NCBI GenBank assembly: GCA_018240285.1
Contig: JAFEGA010000003.1
Location: forward strand, 18,097 to 82,096
Length of the DNA: 64,000 bases
Direction: 5' to 3'
From: Pseudomonadota bacterium
Lineage (GTDB): Bacteria > Pseudomonadota > Gammaproteobacteria > Burkholderiales > Nitrosomonadaceae
The notes under the pieces were generated by a model, which worked only from the letters and a program-made list of their open reading frames with translations, had not been told where the DNA came from and searched no databases. Made by a program: the position numbers and the translations under genes. Shown in pieces: positions 1 to 10,895 of the stretch (position 1 is its first letter; each line of letters opens with the position of its first letter).

Positions 1-1
1 C

Positions 2-703
2 ATCCGCTTGAAAAACCCATTCAGTAACGATGAATGGAAAAATCTGCTGGAACAGGTCATCGCAAAAAATGACGGAGAAGATCAGTATCTGTATCTGCAC
101 ATCACACGCGGCGTCGCCAAGCGCGATCATGCGTTTCCCATTGGCGTGCCGCCGACCGTATTCATCATGAGCAATCCGCTGCTGCCGCCACCCGCGGGAC
201 TGTTAGTCAGCGGCGCTTCAGCCATCACCGCGCTCGATAACCGCTGGATCCGCTGCGATGTCAAAGCCATTTCACTGTTGCCGAATGTGCTGTTGCGGCA
301 ATTGGCGGTGGATGTGCAGGCGCTGGAAACGATCCTGATCCGCGACGGATTCCTGACCGAAGGTGCTGCCAGTAATATCTTCGTGGTTAAAAACGGCGTG
401 CTGCTGGCGCCGCCGAAAAGTAATCTGATGCTACCCGGCATCACGTACGACGTGGTGCTCGAACTGGCGTCGGCAAACCGCATTCCGCACGAAGTTCGTG
501 ACATTTCCGAAACGGAAGTGCGCACGGCGGATGAGATTCTATTAACATCCTCGACCAAGGAGATCATGCCGATTACGGTATTGGACAATCAACCGGTTGG
601 CAAAGGAAAACCGGGTGAACTATTCGCGCGCTTACATGCGTTGTATCAGGACTATAAAGCCACGAATATGCGCGGTCATTCCTGCGGTTGCTCGCATTCG
701 TAA
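2..703 (+). CDS. dat: D-amino-acid aminotransferase / class IV aminotransferase (5' partial)
   Basis: RCDVKAISLLPNVL (PLP lysine), EGAASNIF, LPGIT and LTSSTKEI motifs; lies upstream of ybeD-lipB-lipA as usual; the frame is open to the window edge. Confidence 0.85.
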   Translation: MRLKNPFSNDEWKNLLEQVIAKNDGEDQYLYLHITRGVAKRDHAFPIGVPPTVFIMSNPLLPPPAGLLVSGASAITALDNRWIRCDVKAISLLPNVLLRQLAVDVQALETILIRDGFLTEGAASNIFVVKNGVLLAPPKSNLMLPGITYDVVLELASANRIPHEVRDISETEVRTADEILLTSSTKEIMPITVLDNQPVGKGKPGELFARLHALYQDYKATNMRGHSCGCSHS

Positions 704-723
704 TCGACACATTCAGTTTACCG

Positions 724-990
724 ATGTCAGAACAACCTTCACTGATCGAATATCCCTGCGATTTTCCAATCAAAATCATGGGTAAGGCGCAGCAGGATTT
801 CACCCAGATTGCATTGGCGATCGTTAAATTTCATGCACCCGATTTCGATACCACGAACATGACAGTCAAAGCCAGCAAAAACGGTACTTATTTAAGCTTG
901 ACCTGCACCATCCGCGCGACTTCGCGCTCGCAGCTGGATGCTCTGTACCAGGCTTTATCGAGTCATCCCATGGTTGCCGTGGTACTGTAA
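724..990 (+). CDS. ybeD: YbeD/DUF493 family protein
   Basis: LIEYPCDFPIKIMG...SKNGTYLSLT...LYQALSSHPMV; likely start is ATG 724 inside ORF 688..990; sits before lipB. Confidence 0.9.
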   Translation: MSEQPSLIEYPCDFPIKIMGKAQQDFTQIALAIVKFHAPDFDTTNMTVKASKNGTYLSLTCTIRATSRSQLDALYQALSSHPMVAVVL

Positions 991-1008
991 TTGTTGTGAT
1001 CGTTCACG

Positions 1009-1662
1009 ATGCAAAATCTTTCCCTATCTGCTTCCATTCCGCCGCATTTTGCCGTCAAAACAATGGGATTATGCGATTACCAGACAACCTGGCAGGCGAT
1101 GAAGGATTTTACGCATAACCGCAGCGAACAAACCCGCGATGAAATCTGGTTATTGCAACACCCGCCGGTTTTTACCCAAGGTATTGCGGGTAAACCCGAG
1201 CATCTGCTGTACGATCATGGCATTGCGGTGATTAAGACGGACCGCGGCGGACAGATTACTTTTCATGGGCCTGGGCAAATCATTGCCTATTTGTTGCTGG
1301 ATATACGCCGCTTGAAGCTCGGCGTGCGCGAATTGGTCAGACGAATGGAAAATGCCGTGATCGGCGTGCTGCAAGATTATCACGTCAAAGCCATCGGCCG
1401 TACAGAAGCGCCCGGCGTGTATGTCGGCAAAGCAAAAATCGCGTCGCTGGGTCTGAAAATTCGGAGAAACTTCTGCTACCACGGCATCGCGCTGAATGTG
1501 GACATGGACTTAACGCCATTTTCGTACATCAATCCTTGCGGCTACCAAGGATTGCAAGTCACGCAAACCAAAGATCTGGGCATTCCCGACGGTGTGGAGA
1601 TTTTAGGTGCAAAACTAGCAAATCATTTACAAGAAACACTTCTTTCCAGAACAATCAACTGA
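1009..1662 (+). CDS. lipB: Octanoyltransferase LipB
   Basis: [32 protein letters not shown] and HGIALN...INPCG motifs. Confidence 0.97.
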   Translation: MQNLSLSASIPPHFAVKTMGLCDYQTTWQAMKDFTHNRSEQTRDEIWLLQHPPVFTQGIAGKPEHLLYDHGIAVIKTDRGGQITFHGPGQIIAYLLLDIRRLKLGVRELVRRMENAVIGVLQDYHVKAIGRTEAPGVYVGKAKIASLGLKIRRNFCYHGIALNVDMDLTPFSYINPCGYQGLQVTQTKDLGIPDGVEILGAKLANHLQETLLSRTIN

Positions 1663-1666
1663 ATAT

Positions 1667-2611
1667 ATGACTACCGATACCCGCCAAAAAGGCGCCGACA
1701 AAACGGCGCGAAATCCCGTCAAAATAGCACCGCAATCGCGTGACGATTTGCTGCGCAAACCTTCTTGGATTCGAGTCCGTTCACCCAATAGCGAAAATTA
1801 TTACGAAGTCAAACGCTTATTGCGCGAACACAAACTGCATACCGTGTGCGAAGAAGCCTCCTGCCCCAACATCGGCGAATGCTTCGGTAAAGGCACCGCC
1901 ACTTTCATGATTCTGGGCGATTTATGCACCCGCCGCTGCCCTTTCTGCGATGTCGCGCACGGTCGGCCAAAACCACCGGATGCCGATGAACCGCTGCATC
2001 TGGCACAATCGATCGGTGCCATGAAATTGCGCTATGTGGTCATCACCAGCGTGGATCGTGACGATTTACGCGACGGCGGCGCGCAGCATTTTGCCGATTG
2101 CATCCGTGAAATCCGCACGCATTCGCCGCACACCAAAATCGAAACCTTGGTGCCTGATTTCCGCGGCCGTCTCGAAGTGGCTTTGGAAAAACTTGCCGCT
2201 TGTCCGCCGGATGTTTTGAACCATAACCTCGAAACCGTGCCCAGATTGTACAAACAATGCCGGCCGGGTGCGGATTATGCAAATTCCTTGAAACTACTGA
2301 AAGACTTCAAGGCGCAGTTTCCACACATTCCAACCAAATCGGGTTTAATGCTGGGATTGGGCGAAACCGACGAAGAAATTCTGCAAGTACTGCGTGACCT
2401 GCGCGATCACAATGTGGAAATGTTGACCATCGGCCAATACTTACAACCCAGCATCGGTCACCTGCCGGTGATGCGCTACGTTACACCCGAAGGCTTTAAA
2501 TTTTTTGAACATGCCGCACTGGAAATGGGTTTCAGTCACGCCGCCTGCGGCCCGATGGTGCGCTCCAGCTACCACGCCGATCAGCAAGCGCATGAATCCG
2601 GTTTGCTCTAA
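1667..2611 (+). CDS. lipA: Lipoyl synthase LipA
   Basis: [12 protein letters not shown] and CTRRCPFC Fe-S motifs, C-terminal RSSY. Confidence 0.98.
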   Translation: MTTDTRQKGADKTARNPVKIAPQSRDDLLRKPSWIRVRSPNSENYYEVKRLLREHKLHTVCEEASCPNIGECFGKGTATFMILGDLCTRRCPFCDVAHGRPKPPDADEPLHLAQSIGAMKLRYVVITSVDRDDLRDGGAQHFADCIREIRTHSPHTKIETLVPDFRGRLEVALEKLAACPPDVLNHNLETVPRLYKQCRPGADYANSLKLLKDFKAQFPHIPTKSGLMLGLGETDEEILQVLRDLRDHNVEMLTIGQYLQPSIGHLPVMRYVTPEGFKFFEHAALEMGFSHAACGPMVRSSYHADQQAHESGLL

Positions 2612-2868
2612 GAAGTCCGGGAAAATTAGTGTATTCAGTCATACTGCGTTGAAATCAGGTTAAAAAGTTCATTGTCTACTTGTAAACCGTATTTATCCCC
2701 TGATTTCACCGTGGCTGACAATTTCTCATTACGCCTTTCAAAAATCTCTTGAAACAGAATCAGAAATAGCTTTAACTCATTGCGTTTCTTCCGATATTAC
2801 TTCTCAAATGTTTGGAGTAAGCTACAGATCATCGATCCATCTTGATTCAAAAATAAATAGGGGTATTT

Positions 2869-3726
2869 ATGGAGAAAAGCGCAATACTCAGTGCGTTGAC
2901 CGCCGAAGTCGAACAGGGAAGATTGATTTTCCCCACTTCGACGCATGCAGCGATCAGAATTAATCGTGCTTTAAACGACCCCGATTGCAATTTTGAGATG
3001 GTGATCAAGTTCATTCAATTGGAACCGCTATTGTCGGCCAAAGTCGTCGCTATCGCCAACTCCGTGGTATTCAACCGCTCAGGAAAAAGAATCACCGATG
3101 TGCGTTCGGCCGTGAATTTGATCGGCGTACGGATGGTGCGCAATCTGGCAACGGCTGTCGTGGTGCAGCAACTTGCCGCAGCGCAAGTGCGGAGCGAAAT
3201 GGTAACGCAATTATGGCAGCATTCCGCTCATGTGGCGGCACTGGCACAAGTTATTGCTCGTCGCATTACAAAACAGGACCCGGATACTGCTATGTTTGCG
3301 GGAATAATTCATGAGATCAGCTGGTTCTATCTGTTAGCGCGCGAAAAGTATTATCCCGGCCTGGTCGATGAGAATATGACCAGTTCCTGGAACAGCGACG
3401 AAGATTTAGAGGATGAAACGGAACTTGAGTGCGAAATAAAAATCGGTACTGCTATTCTCAAAGCGCTATCGATTCCAGAATCGATCATCGATAGTATCGT
3501 TTATCTATGGCGCGGCTGCCTGGCATTTCCTCCCACCACCCTCGGCGATACGCTATTGTTCGCCGATCAACTGGCTCCCGTTAAATCTCCTTTCATGCTA
3601 CCTTCAAACCAAACGGGCTATAGCATCGCAAATATCGATTTATTAATCGATGAGGAAACATTAAGCAATATCCTTATGGATTCGAAAATGGAAATCAATT
3701 CCTTAACACAAGCACTGTATGTATAG
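2869..3726 (+). CDS. HDOD domain-containing protein (stand-alone)
   Basis: EPLLSAKVVAIANS...AVNLIG...LWQHS...AGIIHEIS, the HDOD pattern. Confidence 0.85.
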   Translation: MEKSAILSALTAEVEQGRLIFPTSTHAAIRINRALNDPDCNFEMVIKFIQLEPLLSAKVVAIANSVVFNRSGKRITDVRSAVNLIGVRMVRNLATAVVVQQLAAAQVRSEMVTQLWQHSAHVAALAQVIARRITKQDPDTAMFAGIIHEISWFYLLAREKYYPGLVDENMTSSWNSDEDLEDETELECEIKIGTAILKALSIPESIIDSIVYLWRGCLAFPPTTLGDTLLFADQLAPVKSPFMLPSNQTGYSIANIDLLIDEETLSNILMDSKMEINSLTQALYV

Positions 3727-3750
3727 AAAACCGGCGAATAAAATTTATCA

Positions 3751-4170
3751 TTAAGCCGCGATAATCTCATAATCATGCGTTATTTTTACCGTCTGTTTTA
3801 GCATAATGGAAGCCGAGCAGTATTTTTCCGCAGACAGATTAATGGCACGCTCGACCGTTTGCGGATTCAAATTGTGACCGGTAATAACGAAGTGCAAATG
3901 AATATCGGTGAATACTTTCGGATCAACCGGCGCACGCTCGGCTTCAATTTCAACGACGCAATCGGTTATATCCTGACGGCTTTTTTTCAGGATCAGTACT
4001 ACATCGAATGAAGTGCAGCCACCCAGCCCCATCAGCAACATTTCCATCGGCCTTGGCCCAAGATTCTGTCCGCCAGCATCCGGCGCACCATCCATCAATA
4101 CCGAATGTCCGCTACCGGATTCCGCCAGAAAACTGACATTTCCTTTCCATTTAATACGAGTTTTCATCAT
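3751..4170 (-). CDS. OsmC/YhfA family protein
   Basis: GPRPMEMLLMGLGGCTSFDV and SAEKYCSAS (two conserved Cys). Confidence 0.92.
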   Translation of the reverse strand: MMKTRIKWKGNVSFLAESGSGHSVLMDGAPDAGGQNLGPRPMEMLLMGLGGCTSFDVVLILKKSRQDITDCVVEIEAERAPVDPKVFTDIHLHFVITGHNLNPQTVERAINLSAEKYCSASIMLKQTVKITHDYEIIAA

Positions 4171-4215
4171 TTTTTGGATAATTCAGAAAATTTCCTGGAG
4201 TTTTTACACAAATAA

Positions 4216-4243
4216 AAAGCCGGCGTTGTTAAGCGCCGGCTTT
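4216..4243 (-). terminator. Intrinsic terminator after cytochrome c552
   Basis: Perfect 10-bp stem AAAGCCGGCG/CGCCGGCTTT with an 8-nt loop, followed on the minus strand by TTTTTATTT. Confidence 0.85.
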
Positions 4244-4260
4244 CCTGAATTCAGAATGAA

Positions 4261-4572
4261 TTACTTCAGAGTCAGAATAAAGTCAGCTAATGCTTTGGCA
4301 TTTTCCGGGCTGACGTTAGCATTTGGTGGCATTGGGATTGTGCCCCATACACCGCTACTTCCTTTTAATATTTTATCTGTAAGGTATGCAGAAGCATCAG
4401 CTTGACCTGCGTATTTACCAGCAATATCTTTCAGGGCCGGGCCAACCAGCTTGGTATCTACATTATGGCAATTCAAACATCCACTACTTTTTGCCAAATC
4501 AGCGTTGGCTTGAGCAACACCAGCTAATAAAATGGCAGATGCAGCAACTGCTCCAATTAAAACTTTTTTCAT
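4261..4572 (-). CDS. Class I cytochrome c (c551/c552 type)
   Basis: Signal peptide, CLNCH haem motif, VGPA and WG.IPMPP distal Met. Confidence 0.95.
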   Translation of the reverse strand: MKKVLIGAVAASAILLAGVAQANADLAKSSGCLNCHNVDTKLVGPALKDIAGKYAGQADASAYLTDKILKGSSGVWGTIPMPPNANVSPENAKALADFILTLK

Positions 4573-4875
4573 ATCTCTTCCTTATAAAAATTATAAAAGG
4601 GTTGATATTCTAACCCGAACTTTACAGACTTGCAGCAATTCCTGTCAGTTTGTCATTACGAGTATGGCATCCGTTGACGTACATACCCAAAAACTACCGG
4701 TAATGCTGCTAACTCCGATGATACTGCGTTGCTGAGACTTAAAGGTAAATTATTTAGTTCCGGCGCAACAACGAAATCGCAGCGAACATTGCTTCACGAT
4801 GACGGAATCTGTTTAACCGGCAATCAGCACACCGTCAGGAGCTAATACCACTCTACCGGGGATGTCACTCCCAAG

Positions 4876-6549
4876 TTAATCCGTTATCGCTCCCGCGCTG
4901 GCGCTGGAAACCAGTTTCGCGTATTTCGCCAATACCCCGCGTGCATAACGCGGTTGTGGCGGTTGCCAAGCTGCGCGCCGCTGCGCCAAAACATCATCCG
5001 GTACATTCAGTTGCAGCAAGCGCTGCTCGGCGTCGATGGTAATCGAATCGCCTTCCTGCACCAATGCGATAGTACCGCCGACAAAGGCCTCCGGCGCAAC
5101 ATGCCCGACCACCATGCCGTAAGTACCGCCGGAGAAACGCCCATCGGTGATTAAACCGACGGAATCACCCAAACCTTCGCCGATCAGCGCGGCGGTCGGT
5201 GACAACATTTCCCGCATGCCAGGACCGCCTTTCGGCCCCTCATAGCGGATCACCACGACATCACCCGGCTGAATTTTACGTGCCATAATGGCCGCCATAC
5301 AGGTTTCTTCCGATTCAAACACGCGCGCAGGTCCGGTAATTTTCGGATTCTTGATACCGGATATTTTCGCCACACACCCTTCGGTCGACAGGTTGCCTTT
5401 CAGAATAGCCAGATGACCTTGTGCGTACATCGGATTATTCCATTGCCGGATCACATGCTGATCAGCGCGCGGTGTGTCGGGAATGTCTTTTAACACTTCC
5501 GCGATAGTTTGCCCGCTGATGGTGATGCAATCGCCGTGCAGCAATCCATGATTCAGCAACATTTTCATCACTTGCGGAATACCACCCGCTTGATGTAAAT
5601 CGGCGGCCACGTAACGTCCGGAAGGTTTTAGGTCGCACAATACCGGCACTTTGGCGCGTATCCGCTCGAAATCGTCTATACACCATTCGACATTAGCAGC
5701 ATGTGCAATCGCCAGAAAATGCAGAATCGCATTGGTTGAACCGCCCACTGCCATAATCACGGCAATGGCATTCTCAATTGATTGGCGCGTGATGATGTCG
5801 CGCGGCAGGATTTGCTTTTTGATCGCATTTACCAGCGCTTCGGCGGATTGCCCCGCGCTGATCAGTTTCTCGTCGTCTTCCGCGGACATCGTGGAAGAAT
5901 ACGGCAAGCTCATGCCCATCGCTTCAAACGCCGACGACATGGTATTCGCGGTATACATACCGCCGCAAGAACCAGCACCGGGGCATGCATGCCGTTCGAT
6001 CTGCAACAATTCCTCGTCATCGATTTTATGCGCGCTGTGCTGCCCTACTGCTTCAAATACGCTGACCACCGTCAAATCCTGATTTTTATAGTGACCCGGC
6101 TTGATCGTGCCACCATAAACAAAAATCGCCGGCACATTCATGCGCGCAATCGCAATCATCGCGCCTGGCATATTTTTGTCGCAACCGCCGATAGCGATCA
6201 CACCATCCATACTTCCGCCCTGCACGCAGGTTTCAATCGAATCGGCGATCACTTCGCGTGACACCAGCGAATATTTCATACCCTCGGTACCCATCGAGAT
6301 ACCATCCGATACGGTGATGGTGCCGAACATCTGGGGCATCGCCCCGGCCTTTCTGAGCGCCAATTCGGCTTTCAATGACAGTTCGTTCAACCCCTTATTA
6401 CACGGTGTAATCGTAGAATAACCATTAGCCACGCCAACAATCGGCTTGTTAAAATCCCCGTCACCGAATCCGACCGCGCGCAACATGGCGCGGCTGGGTG
6501 CGTGTTGTGTTCCTTGGGTGATAATCTGGCTCCGTTTATTGTCTGGCAT
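4876..6549 (-). CDS. ilvD: Dihydroxy-acid dehydratase
   Basis: [32 protein letters not shown] and TDGRFSG motifs. Confidence 0.98.
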   Translation of the reverse strand: MPDNKRSQIITQGTQHAPSRAMLRAVGFGDGDFNKPIVGVANGYSTITPCNKGLNELSLKAELALRKAGAMPQMFGTITVSDGISMGTEGMKYSLVSREVIADSIETCVQGGSMDGVIAIGGCDKNMPGAMIAIARMNVPAIFVYGGTIKPGHYKNQDLTVVSVFEAVGQHSAHKIDDEELLQIERHACPGAGSCGGMYTANTMSSAFEAMGMSLPYSSTMSAEDDEKLISAGQSAEALVNAIKKQILPRDIITRQSIENAIAVIMAVGGSTNAILHFLAIAHAANVEWCIDDFERIRAKVPVLCDLKPSGRYVAADLHQAGGIPQVMKMLLNHGLLHGDCITISGQTIAEVLKDIPDTPRADQHVIRQWNNPMYAQGHLAILKGNLSTEGCVAKISGIKNPKITGPARVFESEETCMAAIMARKIQPGDVVVIRYEGPKGGPGMREMLSPTAALIGEGLGDSVGLITDGRFSGGTYGMVVGHVAPEAFVGGTIALVQEGDSITIDAEQRLLQLNVPDDVLAQRRAAWQPPQPRYARGVLAKYAKLVSSASAGAITD

Positions 6550-6648
6550 GCTTGCTCCTGAATAAGATAAAAATACAATTTATGACCCGGCGTATGCAAA
6601 CGCACTTGGTATAATGTCCGCTATTTTACCGTAAATAAGGCCGAAACT

Positions 6649-7479
6649 ATGCTCGTTCACCCGCAAATTGATCCCGTTGCTATCGCCATCGGACCGCTCT
6701 CCATTCATTGGTACGGATTGATGTATTTGCTGGGTTTCACGCTTTTTGTTTTGCTTGGACGGTATCGCATCAAACACAATCACAATCCGCAGTCAGCTTT
6801 CACTTATGAAATGCTCGACGATGCCTTGTTTTACGGCATGCTCGGCGTGATTCTGGGCGGACGCTTGGGGCATGTACTGTTCTATCAATTTGGCTACTAC
6901 CTGGAGCACCCGTTACACATTTTCGCTATCTGGGAGGGCGGCATGTCGTTTCACGGCGGCTTTCTCGGCGTTTTCGTCGCGATGCTGCTATTGGCGCACA
7001 AGCATAAAATCTCATGGCTCACCGTCACCGACTTCATCGCTCCGCTGACGCCGCTGGGCTTGGCAGCAGGCCGCATCGGCAATTTCATCAATGGAGAACT
7101 CTGGGGACGGCACACCGATGTACCGTGGGGCATGGTTTTTCCGTATGTTGACGAATTTCCCCGCCATCCTTCTCAGTTATATCAATTTGCCCTCGAGGGC
7201 GTGCTATTGTTTATTTTTATCTGGATTTACTCATCTAAGCCGCGTGCAACCGGCGCAGTCTCTGGCATGTTTATGATCGGTTATGGCGTGTTACGCTCAT
7301 TCGCGGAATTCTTCCGCGAACCGGAGGATGGTTTCATGGGTGTAATGACACTCGGAATTACCATGGGCCAATGGTTATCGATTCCGATGATTGTGGCGGG
7401 AATCGCTGTGCTGATATGGTCTAACCGGAAAGCGGCAAGCCATGCGCATACTAATCCACGGAAAAACAAGAAACGTTAA
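6649..7479 (+). CDS. lgt: Prolipoprotein diacylglyceryl transferase
   Basis: [31 protein letters not shown] and RHPSQLY motifs. Confidence 0.98.
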   Translation: MLVHPQIDPVAIAIGPLSIHWYGLMYLLGFTLFVLLGRYRIKHNHNPQSAFTYEMLDDALFYGMLGVILGGRLGHVLFYQFGYYLEHPLHIFAIWEGGMSFHGGFLGVFVAMLLLAHKHKISWLTVTDFIAPLTPLGLAAGRIGNFINGELWGRHTDVPWGMVFPYVDEFPRHPSQLYQFALEGVLLFIFIWIYSSKPRATGAVSGMFMIGYGVLRSFAEFFREPEDGFMGVMTLGITMGQWLSIPMIVAGIAVLIWSNRKAASHAHTNPRKNKKR

Positions 7480-7512
7480 CAATCAATTGGAAATTAAGAT
7501 TCATTCTCGATC

Positions 7513-8817
7513 TTAATCTTCGGATACCAGCCGTTTGGCAGGAAACCAGATCGTAAACCGGCTGCCTTTTCCCACCTCGCTGGTAATTTCGAGGCGCGCT
7601 TCGTGCCGGTTTAGCACATGCTTGACGATGGCCAATCCCAATCCGGTTCCGCCCGTTTCTCGCGAACGGCTGCTGTCGACACGGTAAAAACGCTCGGTTA
7701 AGCGCGGAATGTGCTCGGATTCTATGCCAATACCGCTATCCTGCACAAAGAATACCCCCTGCCCGCCGCGATTCTCCCAATTAATCGTGATTTCGCCATT
7801 ATCCGGCGTGTAGCGGATAGCATTGCTGATCAAGTTTCCAAATGCGCTACGCAACTCTTGCTCGCTTCCCAGCAACTGATCATGCGTTGCAATGTTTAAT
7901 TTGATTTGGTGGCGGCCTGCGCTGAGCGATTCGGCATCCTGCAGGATGCCGTGCAACAAGCTAACGACATTCACAGCCTTTTCGCTTGCTTTATTCTGTT
8001 CATTTTCCAGGCGCGATAGAATCAGCAAATCCTCAACCAGCCGCTGCATGCGGGTTGTTTGCTCGGTCATCAATGCCAGGGCGCGCTTGTTGAAGCCGCT
8101 ATTCACGTTTTCATCGGCTGACAAAGTTTCGAGGAATCCACCAATCACCGTTAACGGCGTGCGCAATTCGTGCGAAACATTGGCGATAAAGTCGCGTCGC
8201 ATTGTTTCTACTTTCTCAAACCGCGTAATGTCGCGGCTGATCAGCAGTTTCTGATTATAACCATACGGTACCAGTTGCAACGAAACGATCATGTCCTGCT
8301 GGCGCGTTTGTTTCAGAATCAAAGGATTACTGAATTTACGTGCGGCGAGATATTCAACGAACGGTATTTGCCTGACCAAGTAAGTGATTTGCTGCCCGGC
8401 ATCCAATGTCAGATTAATTCCCAAATGTTGCTCGGCCACCGGATTGCACCACTCGATCCGGTCGTGCTCGTCCAGAATGACGATGCCATCTGGCATCGCC
8501 GACGTCACACTGCGCATGCGTTCCAGCGCCAAGCTTAACAATTCCCGGCTTTGGCTATGCTGACGCACGTAGCGCGCCAAATGCGCGAATACATCGTCCC
8601 AGGCACCGGAACCGGCCGGAATACTGCCCGGTGTATGATCGGAAAGCTGCAACCAGCGTTCCAGCGCGACGATGTGGCGGGTGTGATGCAACACTATCCA
8701 CAACATCACTATGCTAAAAAAGATCAATGCATTCACGCTGCCGAGCATCATCCACACCACTGCGGTAATAAAGATGATGAACAGAATGTTAGAAGATCGT
8801 TGCCAAATATCAGACAC
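7513..8817 (-). CDS. phoR: Phosphate regulon sensor kinase PhoR
   Basis: N-terminal TM segments, PAS, ANVSHELRTPLT H-box, GTGLGLAIVKH; likely start is GTG 8817 (the ORF track extends to 8952); follows phoB. Confidence 0.93.
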   Translation of the reverse strand: MSDIWQRSSNILFIIFITAVVWMMLGSVNALIFFSIVMLWIVLHHTRHIVALERWLQLSDHTPGSIPAGSGAWDDVFAHLARYVRQHSQSRELLSLALERMRSVTSAMPDGIVILDEHDRIEWCNPVAEQHLGINLTLDAGQQITYLVRQIPFVEYLAARKFSNPLILKQTRQQDMIVSLQLVPYGYNQKLLISRDITRFEKVETMRRDFIANVSHELRTPLTVIGGFLETLSADENVNSGFNKRALALMTEQTTRMQRLVEDLLILSRLENEQNKASEKAVNVVSLLHGILQDAESLSAGRHQIKLNIATHDQLLGSEQELRSAFGNLISNAIRYTPDNGEITINWENRGGQGVFFVQDSGIGIESEHIPRLTERFYRVDSSRSRETGGTGLGLAIVKHVLNRHEARLEITSEVGKGSRFTIWFPAKRLVSED

Positions 8818-8867
8818 TGAATAAATCCTGAAAAAAGTGATTGCGCGGAAGAAAGCTGGGAAATGGC

Positions 8868-9590
8868 TTAAATTTCTACATCGGAATCTTTGACCGGCGA
8901 TGTAGCTAGCGCGGAAAACCGGTAACCTGTGCCTCGGACGGTTTGTATCCATTCATCTTTGCCTGCTGGCTGCAATGCCTTGCGTAATCGCCGGATATGC
9001 ACATCGACGGTGCGTTCTTCGACAAATACATGATCGCCCCAAACCCGGTCAAGCAGTTGGTTGCGCGAATAAACCCGTTCGGTATGCGTCATCATAAAAT
9101 GCAACAAACGATATTCCGTTGGTCCCAATTCAATTTCCCGATTCCCGGCCGTCACACGGTGATTAACTGGTTCAAGCCGCAAACCGTCAATTTCAACCAC
9201 TTCGTCTGAAGCTTCCGGAATTAACCTGCGCAGCACAGCGTTGATACGGGCAATCAATTCACGCGGCGAGAAAGGCTTGGTGATGTAATCATCCGCCCCT
9301 ATTTCCAACCCCGCCACCTTATCCGATTCCTGTGTGCGTGCTGTCAACATGATGATTGGAATCAGCCGGGTACGGTCATCGCGCCGCAAAACGCGAGCAA
9401 ACTCGATTCCACTCATTCCGGGCAGCATCCAATCCAGCAAAATCAAGTCGGGTAACGCTGCTTTGATAACCGCCATCGCTTTCTCGGCATTATCCGCGCA
9501 AACTGTTTCGTAGCCGGCTTGTTGCAGATTATAGGTAATCAACTCCTGTATGGCCGCTTCATCTTCCACAATCAATATCGTTGCCGTCAT
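8868..9590 (-). CDS. phoB: Phosphate regulon response regulator PhoB
   Basis: [33 protein letters not shown]...[14 protein letters not shown]; ATG 9590 preceded by AGGAG. Confidence 0.95.
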   Translation of the reverse strand: MTATILIVEDEAAIQELITYNLQQAGYETVCADNAEKAMAVIKAALPDLILLDWMLPGMSGIEFARVLRRDDRTRLIPIIMLTARTQESDKVAGLEIGADDYITKPFSPRELIARINAVLRRLIPEASDEVVEIDGLRLEPVNHRVTAGNREIELGPTEYRLLHFMMTHTERVYSRNQLLDRVWGDHVFVEERTVDVHIRRLRKALQPAGKDEWIQTVRGTGYRFSALATSPVKDSDVEI

Positions 9591-9675
9591 ATACACTCCT
9601 AGACCGGTCAATTTTTCTCTGCAGTTTGCTACAATGCGGTCAATGAATTTTTAGTCCGTAAACATTAAATATATT

Positions 9676-10086
9676 ATGGCCGGTTTAACCAAAAATACAC
9701 CTTATCCTACCGAAATTAAGCTGCACACGAAATCCAGAATACTCGACATCGCCTTCTCCGATGGCAAAGCTTTTCAATTTCCCTGCGAATTTCTGCGCGT
9801 TTTTTCACCATCAGCCGAAGTAAGCGGTCATGGCCCTGGACAGGAAGTGCTGCAAACCGGTAAGAAAATGGTCAATATCACCAAAATTGAACCCGTTGGC
9901 AATTATGCCATACAGCTTAATTTTACTGATGGCCATAATACCGGGTTGTATTCATGGGATCTGCTGTATAACTTCGGTCTTAATCAGGATAAAATGTGGC
10001 AGCAATATCTGCAACGCATGGTTGAGGCCGGTGCCAGCAGAGAACCGGCAACCCGCCCTAACACTGCAAATCATTCCTGCAAATAA
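9676..10086 (+). CDS. DUF971 / gamma-butyrobetaine hydroxylase N-terminal-like protein
   Basis: EFLRVFSPSAEV.GHG, VGNYAIQLNFTDGHNTGLYSW; usual position upstream of ubiE. Confidence 0.88.
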   Translation: MAGLTKNTPYPTEIKLHTKSRILDIAFSDGKAFQFPCEFLRVFSPSAEVSGHGPGQEVLQTGKKMVNITKIEPVGNYAIQLNFTDGHNTGLYSWDLLYNFGLNQDKMWQQYLQRMVEAGASREPATRPNTANHSCK

Positions 10087-10129
10087 ATTTTTAGCCATCG
10101 TCAACTAACTTGAGAGCCCAATTCCCGTC

Positions 10130-10864
10130 ATGACAAAAACTACCCATTTTGGCTTTAACACCGTTGCCGAAGAAGAAAAAGCTGGCAAAGTTGCAGAAGT
10201 GTTTCATTCGGTAGCGGAACGCTATAACTTGATGAACGACTTAATGTCGGCAGGTCTGCATCGCCTATGGAAGCGTTTTGCTATCGAAGTCAGCGGCGTC
10301 AGAAGCGGCGATAAGGTTTTGGATATCGCCGGCGGCACCGGGGATCTGACCGCGCTTTTTTTACAGAAAGTGGGCAAATCCGGTGAAGTTTGGCTGACCG
10401 ACATCAATAATTCCATGTTATCGATCGGCCGCGACCGCATGATCGACGAAGGCACGCCGACACCGGTTGCGCAGTGTGACGCAGAAAAATTACCTTTTCC
10501 CGATAACTATTTTAACTGCGTGAGCGTCGCATTCGGCTTAAGAAACATGACGCACAAGGATGCCGCTCTCAAGGAAATGCTGCGCGTCATTAAACCGGGA
10601 GGTAATGTTATTGTGCTTGAGTTTTCAAAAGTCTGGAAACCGCTGCAACCCGCCTATGACACATACTCATTCAAATTACTTCCCGCCATGGGAAAAGTGA
10701 TCGCGGATGATGCGGATAGCTACCGCTACTTAGCCGAATCCATCCGCATGCACCCTTCTCAAGATGAGTTAAAGGAATTGATGGAGCAAGCGGGCTTTGA
10801 GCGTGTCGAATACTTCAATATGACAGCCGGTATCGTGGCGCTGCACCGGGGTTATAAGTTATAA
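10130..10864 (+). CDS. ubiE: Ubiquinone/menaquinone C-methyltransferase
   Basis: [37 protein letters not shown] and YLAESI motifs. Confidence 0.97.
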   Translation: MTKTTHFGFNTVAEEEKAGKVAEVFHSVAERYNLMNDLMSAGLHRLWKRFAIEVSGVRSGDKVLDIAGGTGDLTALFLQKVGKSGEVWLTDINNSMLSIGRDRMIDEGTPTPVAQCDAEKLPFPDNYFNCVSVAFGLRNMTHKDAALKEMLRVIKPGGNVIVLEFSKVWKPLQPAYDTYSFKLLPAMGKVIADDADSYRYLAESIRMHPSQDELKELMEQAGFERVEYFNMTAGIVALHRGYKL

Positions 10865-10895
10865 GTAAAAATAAGGGATTTTTCAGTTGATTTGA

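Noticed and set aside
2771-2797. Sigma-28 promoter upstream of the HDOD gene
   Set aside because: The -10 (TCCGATAT) is plausible, but the -35 at the right spacing (TTTA) is poor.
9591-9675. Pho box upstream of phoB
   Set aside because: No CTGTCAT-like 11-bp-phased repeats; the two ATTGACCG copies on the minus strand are 32 bp apart.
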